From a virus, in the IMG/VR virus record IMGVR_UViG_3300027969_003137, positions 23,519 to 87,518 of that record: 64,000 nt of DNA; one strand, written 5' to 3'. Shown one piece after another: positions 55,775 through 64,000 of the stretch. How positions within the stretch are numbered: the stretch's first letter is position 1; every line of letters begins with the position of its first letter. Position numbers and translations under genes: made by a program. The notes beneath the pieces were generated by a model, which did no database searches, was not told where the DNA came from, and saw nothing but the letters and a program-made list of their open reading frames with translations.

Positions 55775-58444
55775 TTGAGTTATGTAGACGCTTTCTATAA
55801 TAGAGAGCAGGATATGATTCACGTCGTCGAACGTGATGACAAAGGTAATAGACATTACAAAGAATATCCTGCTAGACATATATTTTATTACCCAGATGCC
55901 AAGGGTAAATTCACAAGTATTTTTGGACAACCTCTTTCACGAGTAAGTTCTAAAAATGTCAAAGAACATCGCAAAGAACTTGCAATTCATTCAAACAAAA
56001 AACTGTTTGAAAGTGACATCAACCCGATCTATCGTTGTCTAGAAGACAACTATCTTAATCAAGACGCACCAAAATTAAACATAGCGTTCTTTGACATTGA
56101 GGTCGACTTTGACCCAGAACGTGGCTATGCATCACCTGAAGATGCATTCATGCCTATCACCGCTATTGCTGTTTATCTGCAATGGATGCAGACCATGGTG
56201 TGTTTGGCAATTCCTCCTAAAACATTATCAATGGAAGAAGCACAAAAACAAGTTGAAGAATTCCCCAATACCATGCTGTTTGACAACGAAGCAGACATGT
56301 TAGATACGTTCTTGGATCTAATTCAAGATGCAGACGTACTAAGTGGTTGGAACTCAGAAGGCTTCGATATTCCGTATACTGTTAACCGTGTGACCAAAGT
56401 TCTTAGCAAAGAAGACACACGTAGATTCTGTTTGTGGAATCAGTTTCCCAAGAAGCGTGAGTACGAAAAATACGGTAAAGCTGCGGTCACTTATGACCTT
56501 ATTGGTCGTGTACACTTAGACAGTCTTGAACTGTATCGCAAGTACACATATGAAGAACGACACACATATCGATTGGATGCCATCGGCGAGATGGAAATTG
56601 GTGAAAACAAGACGGTGTACGAAGGTACGCTCGATCAACTGTACAACAATGACTTCCGTAGGTTTATTGAATACAACAGACAAGACTGTATGCTGTTGGA
56701 AAAACTAGACAAGAAACTAAAGTTTCTAGATCTTGCTAATACACTGGCACATGAATGTACTGTGTTGTTGCAGACCACTATGGGTGCTGTGGCAGTCACT
56801 GAACAGGCCATTATCAACGAAGCTCACAAGCGTGGATTCATTGTGCCTAACAGAGTGTCTCGAGAAGAAGGTTTCAGCAATCAAGCTGCCGGTGCCTATG
56901 TTGCTTACCCCAAGAAAGGCATTCACGAGTGGATTGGTTCTTTAGATATTAACTCGTTGTATCCTTCAGCGATTCGTGCCTTGAACATGGGTCCAGAAAC
57001 TATTGTTGGACAATTGCGTCAAGATGGTACCAAAGACTTTATTGCAGCAGAAATTGGTAAAGGAAAGTCATTCGCCTCAGCATGGGAAGGTATCTTTGGT
57101 TCATTAGAATATGCAGCCGTACTGGAAAAAAATGTTGGACGCGAAATCATCATTGACTGGGAAGATGGCGGAGTCGATACTCTGAGTGCTGCTCAGGCCT
57201 ATGATCTAATCTTTGAATCAAATCAACCTTGGATGCTTTCAGCTAACGGTACTATCTTCACTTATGAAAAAGAAGGGATCATCCCTGGATTGTTAAAACG
57301 TTGGTATGCTGAACGTAAAGACATGCAGGCCAAATTAAAAGAATGTATAAAGGCGGGAAATAAAATTGAAGAAGAATACTGGGACAAACGTCAGCTTGTT
57401 AAAAAGATTAACCTCAACAGTCTCTATGGTGCTATTCTTAATCCTGGTTGTCGTTTCTTTGATAATCGTATTGGTCAGTCCACCACACTCACTGGCCGTG
57501 CCATTGCCCGGCATATGGCTGGTAAGGTAAACGAAATTATCACAGGCGAAAACAATCATACAGGTAAAGCCATTATCTATGGTGATACAGACTCGTGTTA
57601 TTTCTCAGCGTACACTACACTAAGAAAAGAAATTGATCAAGGAGCTCTTCCTTGGACTAAAGAATCAGTTGTCGATCTATATGATACCATTGGGGAAGAA
57701 GTAAACTCAACCTTTCCCAAGTTCATGCAAGATGCGTTCCATTGTCCTAAGACTCGGGGTGAAGTTATCAAAGCAGGACGGGAGATTGTTGCCAGTCGCG
57801 GCTTGTTTATCACAAAGAAACGATATGCTGTATTGTATTACGATAAAGAAGGCAAACGTGCAGACATAGACGGCAAGCCCGGCAAGATCAAGGCCATGGG
57901 ATTAGATCTCAAACGTAGTGATACTCCTGTGGTTATTCAAGACTTTTTAAGTGAAGTATTGACCAAAGTTCTAAATAACGGTACCAAAGAAGATGTACTA
58001 GAATATATTACTGCGTTCCGTACTGAGTTTAAAGTTAGACCCGGTTGGGAAAAAGGATCACCTAAACGTGCTAATAACATTTCAGAGTACCGCGACAAAG
58101 AAAAGAAAGCAGGTAAGACTAACATGCCCGGACACGTTCGAGCAAGTCTTAACTGGAACACTTTGAAGCGTATGATGGATGACAAATATTCAATGGCTAT
58201 TACAGACGGTGCCAAGGTGATCGTTTGTAAGGTCAAAGATAATCCAATGGGGTATACATCAGTTGCCTACCCTGTAGATGAACTTAGACTACCTCAATGG
58301 TTTAAGGACTTACCTTTTAACGATGCCGAAATGGAAAATGCAGTCATCGATGAAAAGTTAGAAAACTTGATTGGTGTTTTGGAATGGGACATCAGTTCAA
58401 CTCGCAGTGATAATACATTTGCAAAATTGTTTGACTTTGAGTAA
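55775..58444 (+). CDS. Family B DNA polymerase (T4 gp43-like)
   Basis: Exonuclease motifs FDIEVD, GWNSEGFD, YNRQD; polymerase motifs LDINSLYPS, KKINLNSLYG, YGDTDS, KKRYA. Confidence 0.97.
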   Translation: MSYVDAFYNREQDMIHVVERDDKGNRHYKEYPARHIFYYPDAKGKFTSIFGQPLSRVSSKNVKEHRKELAIHSNKKLFESDINPIYRCLEDNYLNQDAPKLNIAFFDIEVDFDPERGYASPEDAFMPITAIAVYLQWMQTMVCLAIPPKTLSMEEAQKQVEEFPNTMLFDNEADMLDTFLDLIQDADVLSGWNSEGFDIPYTVNRVTKVLSKEDTRRFCLWNQFPKKREYEKYGKAAVTYDLIGRVHLDSLELYRKYTYEERHTYRLDAIGEMEIGENKTVYEGTLDQLYNNDFRRFIEYNRQDCMLLEKLDKKLKFLDLANTLAHECTVLLQTTMGAVAVTEQAIINEAHKRGFIVPNRVSREEGFSNQAAGAYVAYPKKGIHEWIGSLDINSLYPSAIRALNMGPETIVGQLRQDGTKDFIAAEIGKGKSFASAWEGIFGSLEYAAVLEKNVGREIIIDWEDGGVDTLSAAQAYDLIFESNQPWMLSANGTIFTYEKEGIIPGLLKRWYAERKDMQAKLKECIKAGNKIEEEYWDKRQLVKKINLNSLYGAILNPGCRFFDNRIGQSTTLTGRAIARHMAGKVNEIITGENNHTGKAIIYGDTDSCYFSAYTTLRKEIDQGALPWTKESVVDLYDTIGEEVNSTFPKFMQDAFHCPKTRGEVIKAGREIVASRGLFITKKRYAVLYYDKEGKRADIDGKPGKIKAMGLDLKRSDTPVVIQDFLSEVLTKVLNNGTKEDVLEYITAFRTEFKVRPGWEKGSPKRANNISEYRDKEKKAGKTNMPGHVRASLNWNTLKRMMDDKYSMAITDGAKVIVCKVKDNPMGYTSVAYPVDELRLPQWFKDLPFNDAEMENAVIDEKLENLIGVLEWDISSTRSDNTFAKLFDFE

Positions 58445-58451
58445 ATTGCGG

Positions 58452-58480
58452 TTGCTTTTTACTCTAGATCTAAATATAAT
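58452..58480 (+). promoter_or_regulatory. Sigma70 promoter with overlapping TAAATA
   Basis: TTGCTT-17 nt-TATAAT. Confidence 0.65.
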
Positions 58481-58503
58481 CTTAATATACAGGAGAACTT
58501 TCA

Positions 58504-59241
58504 ATGAAAGATATTTTACAAGACATCGTGTCACACACACAAAACCTAGGCTTCTTAACCACAGTTAAAGTCACAGGCACAGAAAAAGGCACAACAGTTA
58601 ATTCAATGGCTGATGATCGTTCAGTTATTATGGAAGCAGAAACTGCTGCTCCTTACTCAGACATGATTGGCGTGTTTGGTATGCCACAACTTAACAAATT
58701 AAAATATTTGTTAGACGGTTCTGAGTATAAGGAAAATGCTAAAATTAGTATCACTACCGCAGAACGCAATGGCGAGACTGTTCCAACCGGCTTACACTTT
58801 GAAAACAAAGACGGCGACTTCAAGAACGACTATCGTTTCATGAACACAGAAATTATCAACGAAAAGATGAAGACTGTTAAGTTCCGTGGCGTCAAGTGGG
58901 ATGTAGAAATTGAGCCTACAGTCAGTGCTGTACAGCGTTTCAACTTCCAAGCAGGTGCTAACAACGAGCATCCAACGTTCTTGGCCAAGACAGATGGCGG
59001 CAATCTAAAGTTCATCTTTGGTGACGCAAGCACACACGGTGGTGAGTTTATCTTTGCACAAAACGTAGCAGGCAAACTCGATCGTGGCTGGACTTGGCCA
59101 GTTATGCCAATCTTGAGCATTCTTAAGATTGCAGATGTTAACAACACTAAGATGTCTTTGAGTAACGAAGGTGCTATTCAGATTACTCTAGATAGCGGAC
59201 TTGCCACTTACAAATATATCATTCCAGCACAAGCGGCCTAA
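58504..59241 (+). CDS. Probable sliding clamp (gp45/PCNA-like)
   Basis: 245 aa directly after polB; clamp-like beta/alpha pattern ending ITLDSGLATYKYIIPA. Confidence 0.6.
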   Translation: MKDILQDIVSHTQNLGFLTTVKVTGTEKGTTVNSMADDRSVIMEAETAAPYSDMIGVFGMPQLNKLKYLLDGSEYKENAKISITTAERNGETVPTGLHFENKDGDFKNDYRFMNTEIINEKMKTVKFRGVKWDVEIEPTVSAVQRFNFQAGANNEHPTFLAKTDGGNLKFIFGDASTHGGEFIFAQNVAGKLDRGWTWPVMPILSILKIADVNNTKMSLSNEGAIQITLDSGLATYKYIIPAQAA

Positions 59242-59242
59242 T

Positions 59243-60880
59243 ATGAAAGCACCGGTTAATTTAACTCCGCTGCAAAAGGACTATGCGGTATACCTGCCAG
59301 CTATTAGTTCTTTTTACAGTACCTATGTTGCTAAACAGCGACTAGAAGAATTCGTACCCACTGATCGAATTCCTGCAGGATTTGATCGTGGCATTGAAGG
59401 TATGAACTTTTTAAATGCTGATCAAGGATACTTTACCTATAAGTATGCTTTGTATTCCGCAGGTCATGCACAACTTGATCTCGAAAAATCAATGACTCAA
59501 GAATCAATGATACAGGATCGTGATCGTCCTAACACAATGATCTTGGGCGACTCTGGTGGGTATCAGATTGGTAAAGGTGTTCTTAAGTTTGATTGGTTAA
59601 ACTTTGAAGGCGCAGAGGCCAATAAGACTCGTAAAAAGATTCTTGAATGGTTAGAGTTGACTGCTGATTGGTCAATGATGCTTGACGTTCCTACTTGGGC
59701 TTGTGATCACATTCACAGTCCTAAGACTGGATTAAAAACATTTGAAGACTGTCTAGACAAGACTCGCTTTAACAATGACTACTTCTTGCAGAATCGCCTA
59801 GGACAAACTAAATGGCTTAACGTATTGCAAGGTGGAGACTGGGATACTGCGGAAAAATGGTATCGTGGTGTTGTGGAGTTCAGCGATCCTAAAGGCAAGT
59901 ATGCCGGTAAGGAAGCTGAAGGTTGGGCATTTGGTGGTGCCAATATGTGCAAGATGGATATCACCCTCAAGCGTTTGATGACAATGCGTGATGAAGGAAT
60001 GCTTACTGGCAAGAACTGGATTCACTTCTTGGGTACTGCACAGTTAGACTGGTCGTGTTTCTTAACACAGATCCAACGTCAACTGCGTAAGCACATTAAT
60101 CCAGAACTCACAATCAGTTTCGACTGTGCAAGTCCGTTTATTGCCACTGCTCACGGACTGGTATACACAAACGCACAGCATACCAACAAGCGTTGGAGTG
60201 TTATTATGGACAAGGCTCCTGATAACAAAGGTCTGTCAGGACGACACGACATTCCTTTTCCGTTTGAAAGCGAGTTTGCAAGTCGACTAACAATGGGCGA
60301 CATTGCATATTATGACTACGGTGTTCGTAAGACAGATGCAGAACTTGGCAATGTTAAGTTTAATCATTTAAACACAGAACATTATCACAAAGTTCCAAGA
60401 CTTAACAAACTGGGTAAAATTCCAAACAAAACATCGTGGGATAGTTTCAGTTATGCATTAATGATGGGACATAATGTTGAATGTCATATTAAAGCAGTAC
60501 AACGTGCTCAGCAATTAATGGACATTGAATGTGCTAAATTCAAACCAGACTGGCGTATGAAAGGTATTGAAGGTAAGAAAGAAATCGAATACAGCGATTG
60601 GGTTCCTAACAAGATTTTATACTTTGGTACATTTGTTGAAGAATTGTTTAATACTAAAACAAAAGACGAAGCATTTGCTATGATCGATTCAGCAAAACAA
60701 TTCTTGAAGAGTCTTGAAGGTGCTCGCTTACAAGGCGGCCCTGCTGATAACGAATTTAATAAGTTATTCACAGTTGAAGATTCAGCCAATGTAAGACTTG
60801 GTCCAGACGGGTTACCTTTATTTGACCAACAAGATGATGATAAACTTCGTGGTTTAGAAACAGAAATTATCGAGGAGTAA
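59243..60880 (+). CDS. TGT-fold guanine transglycosylase, DpdA-like (7-deazaguanine DNA insertion)
   Basis: DSGGYQ, MMLDVP, NVLQG, GWAFGG, HFLG, SFDCASP. Confidence 0.85.
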   Translation: MKAPVNLTPLQKDYAVYLPAISSFYSTYVAKQRLEEFVPTDRIPAGFDRGIEGMNFLNADQGYFTYKYALYSAGHAQLDLEKSMTQESMIQDRDRPNTMILGDSGGYQIGKGVLKFDWLNFEGAEANKTRKKILEWLELTADWSMMLDVPTWACDHIHSPKTGLKTFEDCLDKTRFNNDYFLQNRLGQTKWLNVLQGGDWDTAEKWYRGVVEFSDPKGKYAGKEAEGWAFGGANMCKMDITLKRLMTMRDEGMLTGKNWIHFLGTAQLDWSCFLTQIQRQLRKHINPELTISFDCASPFIATAHGLVYTNAQHTNKRWSVIMDKAPDNKGLSGRHDIPFPFESEFASRLTMGDIAYYDYGVRKTDAELGNVKFNHLNTEHYHKVPRLNKLGKIPNKTSWDSFSYALMMGHNVECHIKAVQRAQQLMDIECAKFKPDWRMKGIEGKKEIEYSDWVPNKILYFGTFVEELFNTKTKDEAFAMIDSAKQFLKSLEGARLQGGPADNEFNKLFTVEDSANVRLGPDGLPLFDQQDDDKLRGLETEIIEE

Positions 60881-61095
60881 TGTCTATGTATGAGCAGAGA
60901 ATTAAACATTTAGAAGAAGCACATCATGCTTTGGACAAACAAGTTGACACTTTGGAAAGAACAGGCCTGTTCGAAGACCTAAAATTAGAGAAATTGAAAA
61001 AAGAAAGGTTGCTCTTAAAGGATAAAATTGCTATACTAAAGCATAAGCAACAACTTCACACACAGGCACAACATGGTTCGACTGAACATATTTGA
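60880..61095 (+). CDS. DUF465/YdcH-like coiled-coil protein
   Basis: HHALDKQV...LKKERLLLKDKI. Confidence 0.75.
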   Translation: MSMYEQRIKHLEEAHHALDKQVDTLERTGLFEDLKLEKLKKERLLLKDKIAILKHKQQLHTQAQHGSTEHI

Positions 61096-61264
61096 ATTAG
61101 ATCAGATTAAAAAAATCTGCGAGTCTGCCGGCACAGAATATTTTACACTTGAACAAAGTGTTGGTTCGGGTATTGGCAGCATACTAACATTAAGCTACGA
61201 TACAGAGATTGCAGACTTTCCTGCTACTGTTAAAGTCGAAGTGTCTGGTGTGGAGAAATGGTAA
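61073..61264 (+). CDS. Hypothetical protein
   Basis: 63 aa; GSGIGS motif, ends GVEKW. Confidence 0.65.
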   Translation: MVRLNIFELDQIKKICESAGTEYFTLEQSVGSGIGSILTLSYDTEIADFPATVKVEVSGVEKW

Positions 61265-61686
61265 TGGAAGATTACGAAGCATTTGCAAACAAGATGGAAA
61301 CAGCTTATCCTAAGATGTTTGAAGGCAAGTACGGTGGGTTTGCAGTAAACAAAGGTTGGTATCCTATTCTTGAAAAGTTGTGTGCTAATATACAACATCA
61401 CATTGATTGGAAAGAGAAGCAAGGTACTCCTGTTCCGCAGGTCACAGTGGCACAGATCAAAGAAAAGTTTGGCGGCTTGCGATTCTACTACGATGGCGGT
61501 GACGATGAGATCAGTGGAATGGTTCGTATGGCTGAAGCATGGGCAGATGTTGCCTGCGAAGAATGTGGCGCCATTGGCAAGAGACGTGATGGTGGCTGGA
61601 TCCGCACACTATGTGATGCTCACGAAGCCGAATATCAAGAACGTAAACGTACACAAGAAATGAAAGCATCGGGGTTTGAAGAATGA
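61258..61686 (+). CDS. Zinc-finger phage protein
   Basis: QIKEKFGGLRFY ... CEECG ... GWIRTLCDAH. Confidence 0.75.
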   Translation: MVMEDYEAFANKMETAYPKMFEGKYGGFAVNKGWYPILEKLCANIQHHIDWKEKQGTPVPQVTVAQIKEKFGGLRFYYDGGDDEISGMVRMAEAWADVACEECGAIGKRRDGGWIRTLCDAHEAEYQERKRTQEMKASGFEE

Positions 61687-62210
61687 AACGTGATTATACA
61701 GATGGTGTTGCCAAAGATATTACATTTTTTACTGGTATCGAGATCGAAAAGACTCCTGCATATGGAATGAAAACTCTATTTGTAGTAGGTGTTCATGATG
61801 ATCAGATCATTACCACTATGGCTCAGAACAATGATTGCACACATATCTATTTTGGTGCTAATCAAAGTTTTAAAACTGAAGGCGTTAATGATGCTCAAAG
61901 CTGGCGTATGTGGGAAGACATGATCTATGTCTGTTTAGAACAAGGCTACTGGTGTACATTGGATTTAGATGTCAGCGAAGTCGAAGGACTGTTAGAAAGT
62001 GGACTTGTAGAAAAGCAACAGTTCATTCCGCAGATTTCGGTTAAACTGCCCTATTTGCAACAGCTAGGGTATAATGCTACAATTAAGATAGACGACAAAG
62101 ATTTTAAAGCAACAAATCCCGGAGTGTGGTGTCATAACCTTCACGACCTACTTGGTAGAGATCGTTTTACCAGTTGGGATCAATATGGCAAAGATGAGAT
62201 TATTAAATAA
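61683..62210 (+). CDS. Hypothetical protein in the dpdA cluster
   Basis: FFTGIEIEKTPAYGMKTLFV, HIYFGAN, KIDDKDF.ATNPGVWCH. Confidence 0.75.
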   Translation: MKRDYTDGVAKDITFFTGIEIEKTPAYGMKTLFVVGVHDDQIITTMAQNNDCTHIYFGANQSFKTEGVNDAQSWRMWEDMIYVCLEQGYWCTLDLDVSEVEGLLESGLVEKQQFIPQISVKLPYLQQLGYNATIKIDDKDFKATNPGVWCHNLHDLLGRDRFTSWDQYGKDEIIK

Positions 62211-62599
62211 TGGCAACCAATCCATACGCCTCAACTGCAAAATCTATTAATCGATTACAAGGCGCATTGACTAAATCATCAATCGGTAGACCCAGGCTAA
62301 GACCATACCTAGAAGAACAACCTATGAAATTAACATTAAAACAAAGAATTCGAAACTGGCTAATGAACGATGACGAGCTAGAGTACGGCAATAGTATTGC
62401 TGTTGACAATGAAGGGCCGGATATTCAATCACAGGGATTTAGACTAAACATCTATAGTGCTAGTGGTGGAACTATCATTGAAACTACCAAATACGATCGT
62501 CAAAAGGACGAACATAAACACAGTCTACACGTGGTTACTGAGGACAAAGACCTTGGAGAAGAATTGGCAAAAATTATCACTATGGAAAGTTTAAGATGA
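62210..62599 (+). CDS. Hypothetical protein
   Basis: 129-aa ORF coupled to neighbours. Confidence 0.7.
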   Translation: MATNPYASTAKSINRLQGALTKSSIGRPRLRPYLEEQPMKLTLKQRIRNWLMNDDELEYGNSIAVDNEGPDIQSQGFRLNIYSASGGTIIETTKYDRQKDEHKHSLHVVTEDKDLGEELAKIITMESLR

Positions 62600-63180
62600 T
62601 TACTCCTACCGAAACACTTATTCTTAATATTGTACGGCATCACTTGCTTGGTAGACAACTGCCAAGTAATTTTGGAGGTGATGCTGGAAGAGCTTGTGAA
62701 AATTTATTAGAAGATGACGTTGGTATTTCTATTAACAGGGGACTTGGCTGTGATATTCCCGAAATTGGTTGGGAAGTTAAATGCCGTAAAGGTACGGCAA
62801 CTAGTGCGCAAACAGTCGCAACAATGCGACCTGAAGATATTATTTCAACACCTTATCCACTTTCACCGGTGTACAACAAGATTCGAAAACAATTAAGGTT
62901 TACAACTAATGATAATGATGTTATCATTGCTATAGACTTATGCGACTTTGATCAGCCTCAGATTCAAGAGTTATTGAAAGAAGCATACGAACATGCAAGA
63001 AGTCTACTTAAAGAGACTCCAGAACTAGAATATACTCCATATGAAGGTTACTGGGGATATTTTGAAAAAACAAAGAAGGGGCGTCCAGAGCTAGATTTTA
63101 GACTAGCTGATGGACAAATGGAAAAACTATTAGCAATGACAGCATCAACTTTTAAGGACATATTTGCATATGGTAATTAA
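62596..63180 (+). CDS. PD-(D/E)XK restriction-endonuclease-like nuclease
   Basis: G..G...E..LE...GI..N....CD....GWEVK resembles the MutH/MvaI/NaeI-type catalytic core. Confidence 0.55.
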   Translation: MITPTETLILNIVRHHLLGRQLPSNFGGDAGRACENLLEDDVGISINRGLGCDIPEIGWEVKCRKGTATSAQTVATMRPEDIISTPYPLSPVYNKIRKQLRFTTNDNDVIIAIDLCDFDQPQIQELLKEAYEHARSLLKETPELEYTPYEGYWGYFEKTKKGRPELDFRLADGQMEKLLAMTASTFKDIFAYGN

Positions 63181-63565
63181 ACAAGACATTAGACCTAACA
63201 AAATGATCTGGGTAACCTTTCGCAAAGAAGGTATTCACTGCTATCCAGCAGCCGCTACAGATCCTAAACTAGCTACAGGAGATTACTATGATGTATCGTT
63301 TCTTGGCACTCCCCATCGCCATATATTTCACTTTCGTGTATGGCTCGGAGTTACTCATAACGACAGAGATGTGGAATTCATTCAGTTCAAGCGGTGGCTT
63401 GAACGGTTGTATTCTAGCGAACAAGGTGTATTGTCGCTAGATTATAAAAGTTGCGAGATGATGAGCGATGATTTGTATGCTCAAATTTCACAAAAGTATC
63501 CCAACCGTGAGGTTTGGATTGAGGTCTCCGAAGACGGAGAAAATGGTTCATTTATTAAGTACTAA
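63170..63565 (+). CDS. Second, divergent QueD-like T-fold protein
   Basis: EGIHCYP, HRHIFHF, HNDRDVEF, SCEMM, EVSEDGENG. Confidence 0.7.
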   Translation: MVIKQDIRPNKMIWVTFRKEGIHCYPAAATDPKLATGDYYDVSFLGTPHRHIFHFRVWLGVTHNDRDVEFIQFKRWLERLYSSEQGVLSLDYKSCEMMSDDLYAQISQKYPNREVWIEVSEDGENGSFIKY

Positions 63566-63578
63566 GAGGAAAGCTACA

Positions 63579-63824
63579 ATGGCTAAGAATTATCGGGATT
63601 ATTCCTATTTTGAAAACCGCCCCGACGTTGTTCGGATCTTTGATGACCTAGATGCATATCTAGATTGGTGCAGATTAGAACTGCAACCATTTAATCCTGC
63701 AGATCTCTACAAGAGAGATTCAACAATTTATCAGAATTATCTGTCAAGCAGACGTCCACGCAGACAGTATCAAGGCAACAAACCGTTCAATAGAACACGC
63801 AATGAGCAGAATTTTTCTCGTTGA
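63579..63824 (+). CDS. Hypothetical protein
   Basis: GAGG SD; IFDDLDAYLDWCR...FNPADLY. Confidence 0.7.
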   Translation: MAKNYRDYSYFENRPDVVRIFDDLDAYLDWCRLELQPFNPADLYKRDSTIYQNYLSSRRPRRQYQGNKPFNRTRNEQNFSR

Positions 63825-64000
63825 TCTAGAAGCAGTTGAGACAAGGTACACAGGTCAATGGAAGACCCATGTGCCTGCACTCTTACGAAAGGCAGGACAT
63901 CATGTCAACATTATATCAGGTCCTACGGACATTCCTAGTGCTACCACTCCTGGGGCATTTCTCAACTTTGGCGGCACTAATATCTACAAGGCTAGTCAAG
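63802..64000 (+). CDS. 5' part of a probable GT-B glycosyltransferase
   Basis: MSRIFLVDLEAVETRYTGQWK.H.P...V.IISG...TTPGAFLNFGGTNIYK; runs off the window end. Confidence 0.55.
   Translation, partial: MSRIFLVDLEAVETRYTGQWKTHVPALLRKAGHHVNIISGPTDIPSATTPGAFLNFGGTNIYKASQ

Noticed and set aside
55775-58444. Intein or intron in the DNA polymerase
   Set aside because: At 889 aa with all motifs in order, there is no room or splice motif for one.
1-64000. Alternative genetic code (stop-codon reassignment), as in some jumbo phages
   Set aside because: Long genes are uninterrupted in the standard code, and TAA, TGA and TAG all end genes at sensible positions.
1-64000. CRISPR array, diversity-generating retroelement or transposon
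   Set aside because: I saw no spaced repeat array, reverse transcriptase, template/variable repeat pair or transposase motif.
1-64000. Bacterial chromosome origin, suggested by iscU, kdsA, clpA, dnaJ and def
   Set aside because: These genes are isolated from their usual operons and interleaved with T4-like polymerase, clamp loader, tail, lysis genes and late promoters.

Overview
This 64 kb window is densely coding, almost all on the + strand, and reads as part of a large T4-like (jumbo-type) tailed phage genome using the standard genetic code. The IscU/IscA/ErpA and KdsA genes and the spanin pair point to a Gram-negative host, probably a betaproteobacterium (inference). In order it contains: (1) an AT-rich island of degenerate sulfotransferase-like genes plus an amidohydrolase (1-4.3 kb); (2) a 111-nt tRNA-like RNA with abnormal arms, an Hc1-like protein, thyX and early hypotheticals; (3) auxiliary metabolic genes (queD, kdsA, a glycosyltransferase, uvsE, sod, iscU, iscA); (4) a tail/baseplate block including an S8 protease (17.6-34 kb); (5) a DnaE fragment, groES, MazG-like NTPase, clamp loader and phoH; (6) a lysis cassette (GH19 endolysin, embedded spanin pair, lipase, holin); (7) dnaJ-def-clpA; (8) a 6 kb array of proteins with T4 capsid-targeting-like N-termini and Glu-delimited modules, probably processed internal head proteins; (9) radical SAM, DNA polymerase B, a clamp, and a DpdA/QueD-like/glycosyltransferase deazaguanine cluster containing a PD-(D/E)XK nuclease. 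The best candidates for novelty are the modular head-cargo polyproteins with cryptic signal peptides and a shared DNA junction, the aberrant tRNA-like RNA, a preQ1-like leader on queD, and the dpdA-nuclease-glycosyltransferase cluster. All calls come from reading motifs by eye; no searches were run.
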